Below are positions 63,203 through 64,000 of a stretch of DNA of 64,000 nt, piece by piece. Every line of letters begins with the position of its first letter. Within the stretch, counting starts at the first letter, position 1. Under the pieces are notes generated by a model, which ran no database searches, was not told the DNA's origin, and saw nothing but the letters and a program-made list of their open reading frames with translations. The position numbers and the translations under genes were made by a program. Source of the stretch: Elusimicrobiota bacterium (GTDB taxonomy: Bacteria > Elusimicrobiota > Elusimicrobia > FEN-1173); NCBI GenBank assembly GCA_016788905.1, contig JAEURZ010000008.1, positions 25,494 through 89,493 of the forward strand. The letters run 5' to 3'.

Positions 63203-64000
63203 GTGGATCGAAAGAAACGGCTCGGGGATGCACTTGTTCAAGATGGTCTTCTCACTGAAAAACAACTTGATCAAGCGGTGGACGTTCAACGCACGAAGGG
63301 CGGCCGTATTGGGGATATTTTGGTGGACCTCAAGCTTTGTTCGGAAGACCAGATTCTCTCCTCTTTGGCCAAACGGGCAGGAATTTCTTCTGTTTCGTCT
63401 CTGGCCCCCTATGGGAAGATCCCCAGCGCTGTTTTGGCTCTGATTCCGGGGGAGATGGCCCGACTTCGTGGTTTGTGTCCGCTTTCTTTGGAAGGAAACG
63501 TCTTGACCGTTGCTTTGGCGGATCCGTTCGTCGAATTGAATGGGACGGACGATCTGAAGATCCAGACAGGTTTTGATATCCGGATGGTCCTTGTTTCCGA
63601 AAAAGAAATCCAAAAAGCCGTGGAGGTTTCTTACCCGGTGTCCTCCGTAAAGGACACGAGTCCATCTGTGGAATTTGATAGTCACTCCGGGCAGAGCACT
63701 GACCAACAGATGTCAACGATTTTGAACGCGCTGATCAGCAGCGCGGCCACTTTGGGAGCTGATCATATTTATCTTGAGCCAGGGCCCGCTTCCGTTCACG
63801 TTCGCTATCGCCTTCGCGGGGCGTTGCAACGAAAGCCTGACCTTCCCTTGCGCCATCTTCTTCCGTTAGTGGCGCACATTAAAGGGTTGGCGCGCATGGA
63901 CGTGGAGGAACGTTGGTCCCCTCAAGACGGGCGGTTGCGGGGGAGCTGGGGGGGGCATTCCTTGGATGTTCAGGTTTCGTCACTCCCCACCGCGGACGGA
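63203..64000 (+). CDS. GspE/PilB-family type II secretion / type IV pilus assembly ATPase, N-terminal part (3' end outside window)
   Basis: My own translation from GTG 63203 is open to nt 64000: VDRKKRLGDALVQDGLLTEKQLDQAV...LTVALADP...ILNALISSAATLGADHIYLEP...VRYRLRG. This is a T2SSE N-terminal domain followed by the start of the ATPase core. It is absent from the ORF track because there is no stop inside the window. Confidence 0.75.
   Translation, partial: MDRKKRLGDALVQDGLLTEKQLDQAVDVQRTKGGRIGDILVDLKLCSEDQILSSLAKRAGISSVSSLAPYGKIPSAVLALIPGEMARLRGLCPLSLEGNVLTVALADPFVELNGTDDLKIQTGFDIRMVLVSEKEIQKAVEVSYPVSSVKDTSPSVEFDSHSGQSTDQQMSTILNALISSAATLGADHIYLEPGPASVHVRYRLRGALQRKPDLPLRHLLPLVAHIKGLARMDVEERWSPQDGRLRGSWGGHSLDVQVSSLPTADG

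Noticed and set aside
63176-63706. 176-aa and 128-aa minus-strand ORFs at the right end of the window.
   Set aside because: They are antisense to a clear GspE/PilB N-terminal domain on the plus strand, and their products are Arg-rich with no motifs.

Overview
A 64-kb chromosomal window from a diderm bacterium, as shown by LptD, SurA/PpiC chaperones, an OmpA-like protein, HldD and a GspE/PilB ATPase. GC is roughly 50-63 % in 60-nt lines I counted by hand. All family assignments come from motifs read by eye, since no database search was possible. Gene packing is very tight, with at least 17 four-nucleotide start/stop overlaps (ATGA/GTGA/TTGA).

Gene content, left to right:
- the tail of an indolepyruvate:ferredoxin oxidoreductase-like gene
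- a Ni/Co ECF transporter (cbiM-cbiQ-cbiO plus an unusual upstream component)
- a GNAT gene, rplM-rpsI, a TPR protein and hldD
- a minus-strand block: TPR gene, tRNA-Leu(CAG), smpB, tRNA-Ser(CGA)
- a long minus-strand operon: DUF1805, rlmD, mfd, ppiC-like, surA-like, pdxA, ompA-like, DUF4398
- a 1,900-aa orphan ORF
- an intact IS4-family element
- an 11-gene array from sdhCDAB through an ABC exporter
- an HspR-like regulator with two hsp20 genes
- a 19-kb co-directional array: hisDBHAFI, lepB, trpEGDCFBA, accD, folC, glk, lptD, rfbB, ugd
- a cluster of a TPP enzyme, O-methyltransferase, orphan solute-binding protein, 4-TM protein and outer-membrane channel
- coaD, pta, and the 5' part of a gspE/pilB-like ATPase

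I saw no rRNA genes, CRISPR arrays or prophage genes.

Most worth a second look:
1. The giant membrane-anchored ORF, which carries a duplicated double-GNAT-like module.
2. The low-GC island at about 57.25-60.5 kb inside the TPP-enzyme/transport cluster, together with two small Shine-Dalgarno-preceded ORFs that are below the ORF-track size cut-off.
3. The IS4 element, inserted exactly at the giant ORF's stop codon and just upstream of the sdh promoter.
4. A recurring pattern of promoter-like hexamers placed 6-13 nt from start codons, which implies leaderless or near-leaderless first genes.

I cannot show that any of these is a genuinely new system. They are ranked hypotheses.
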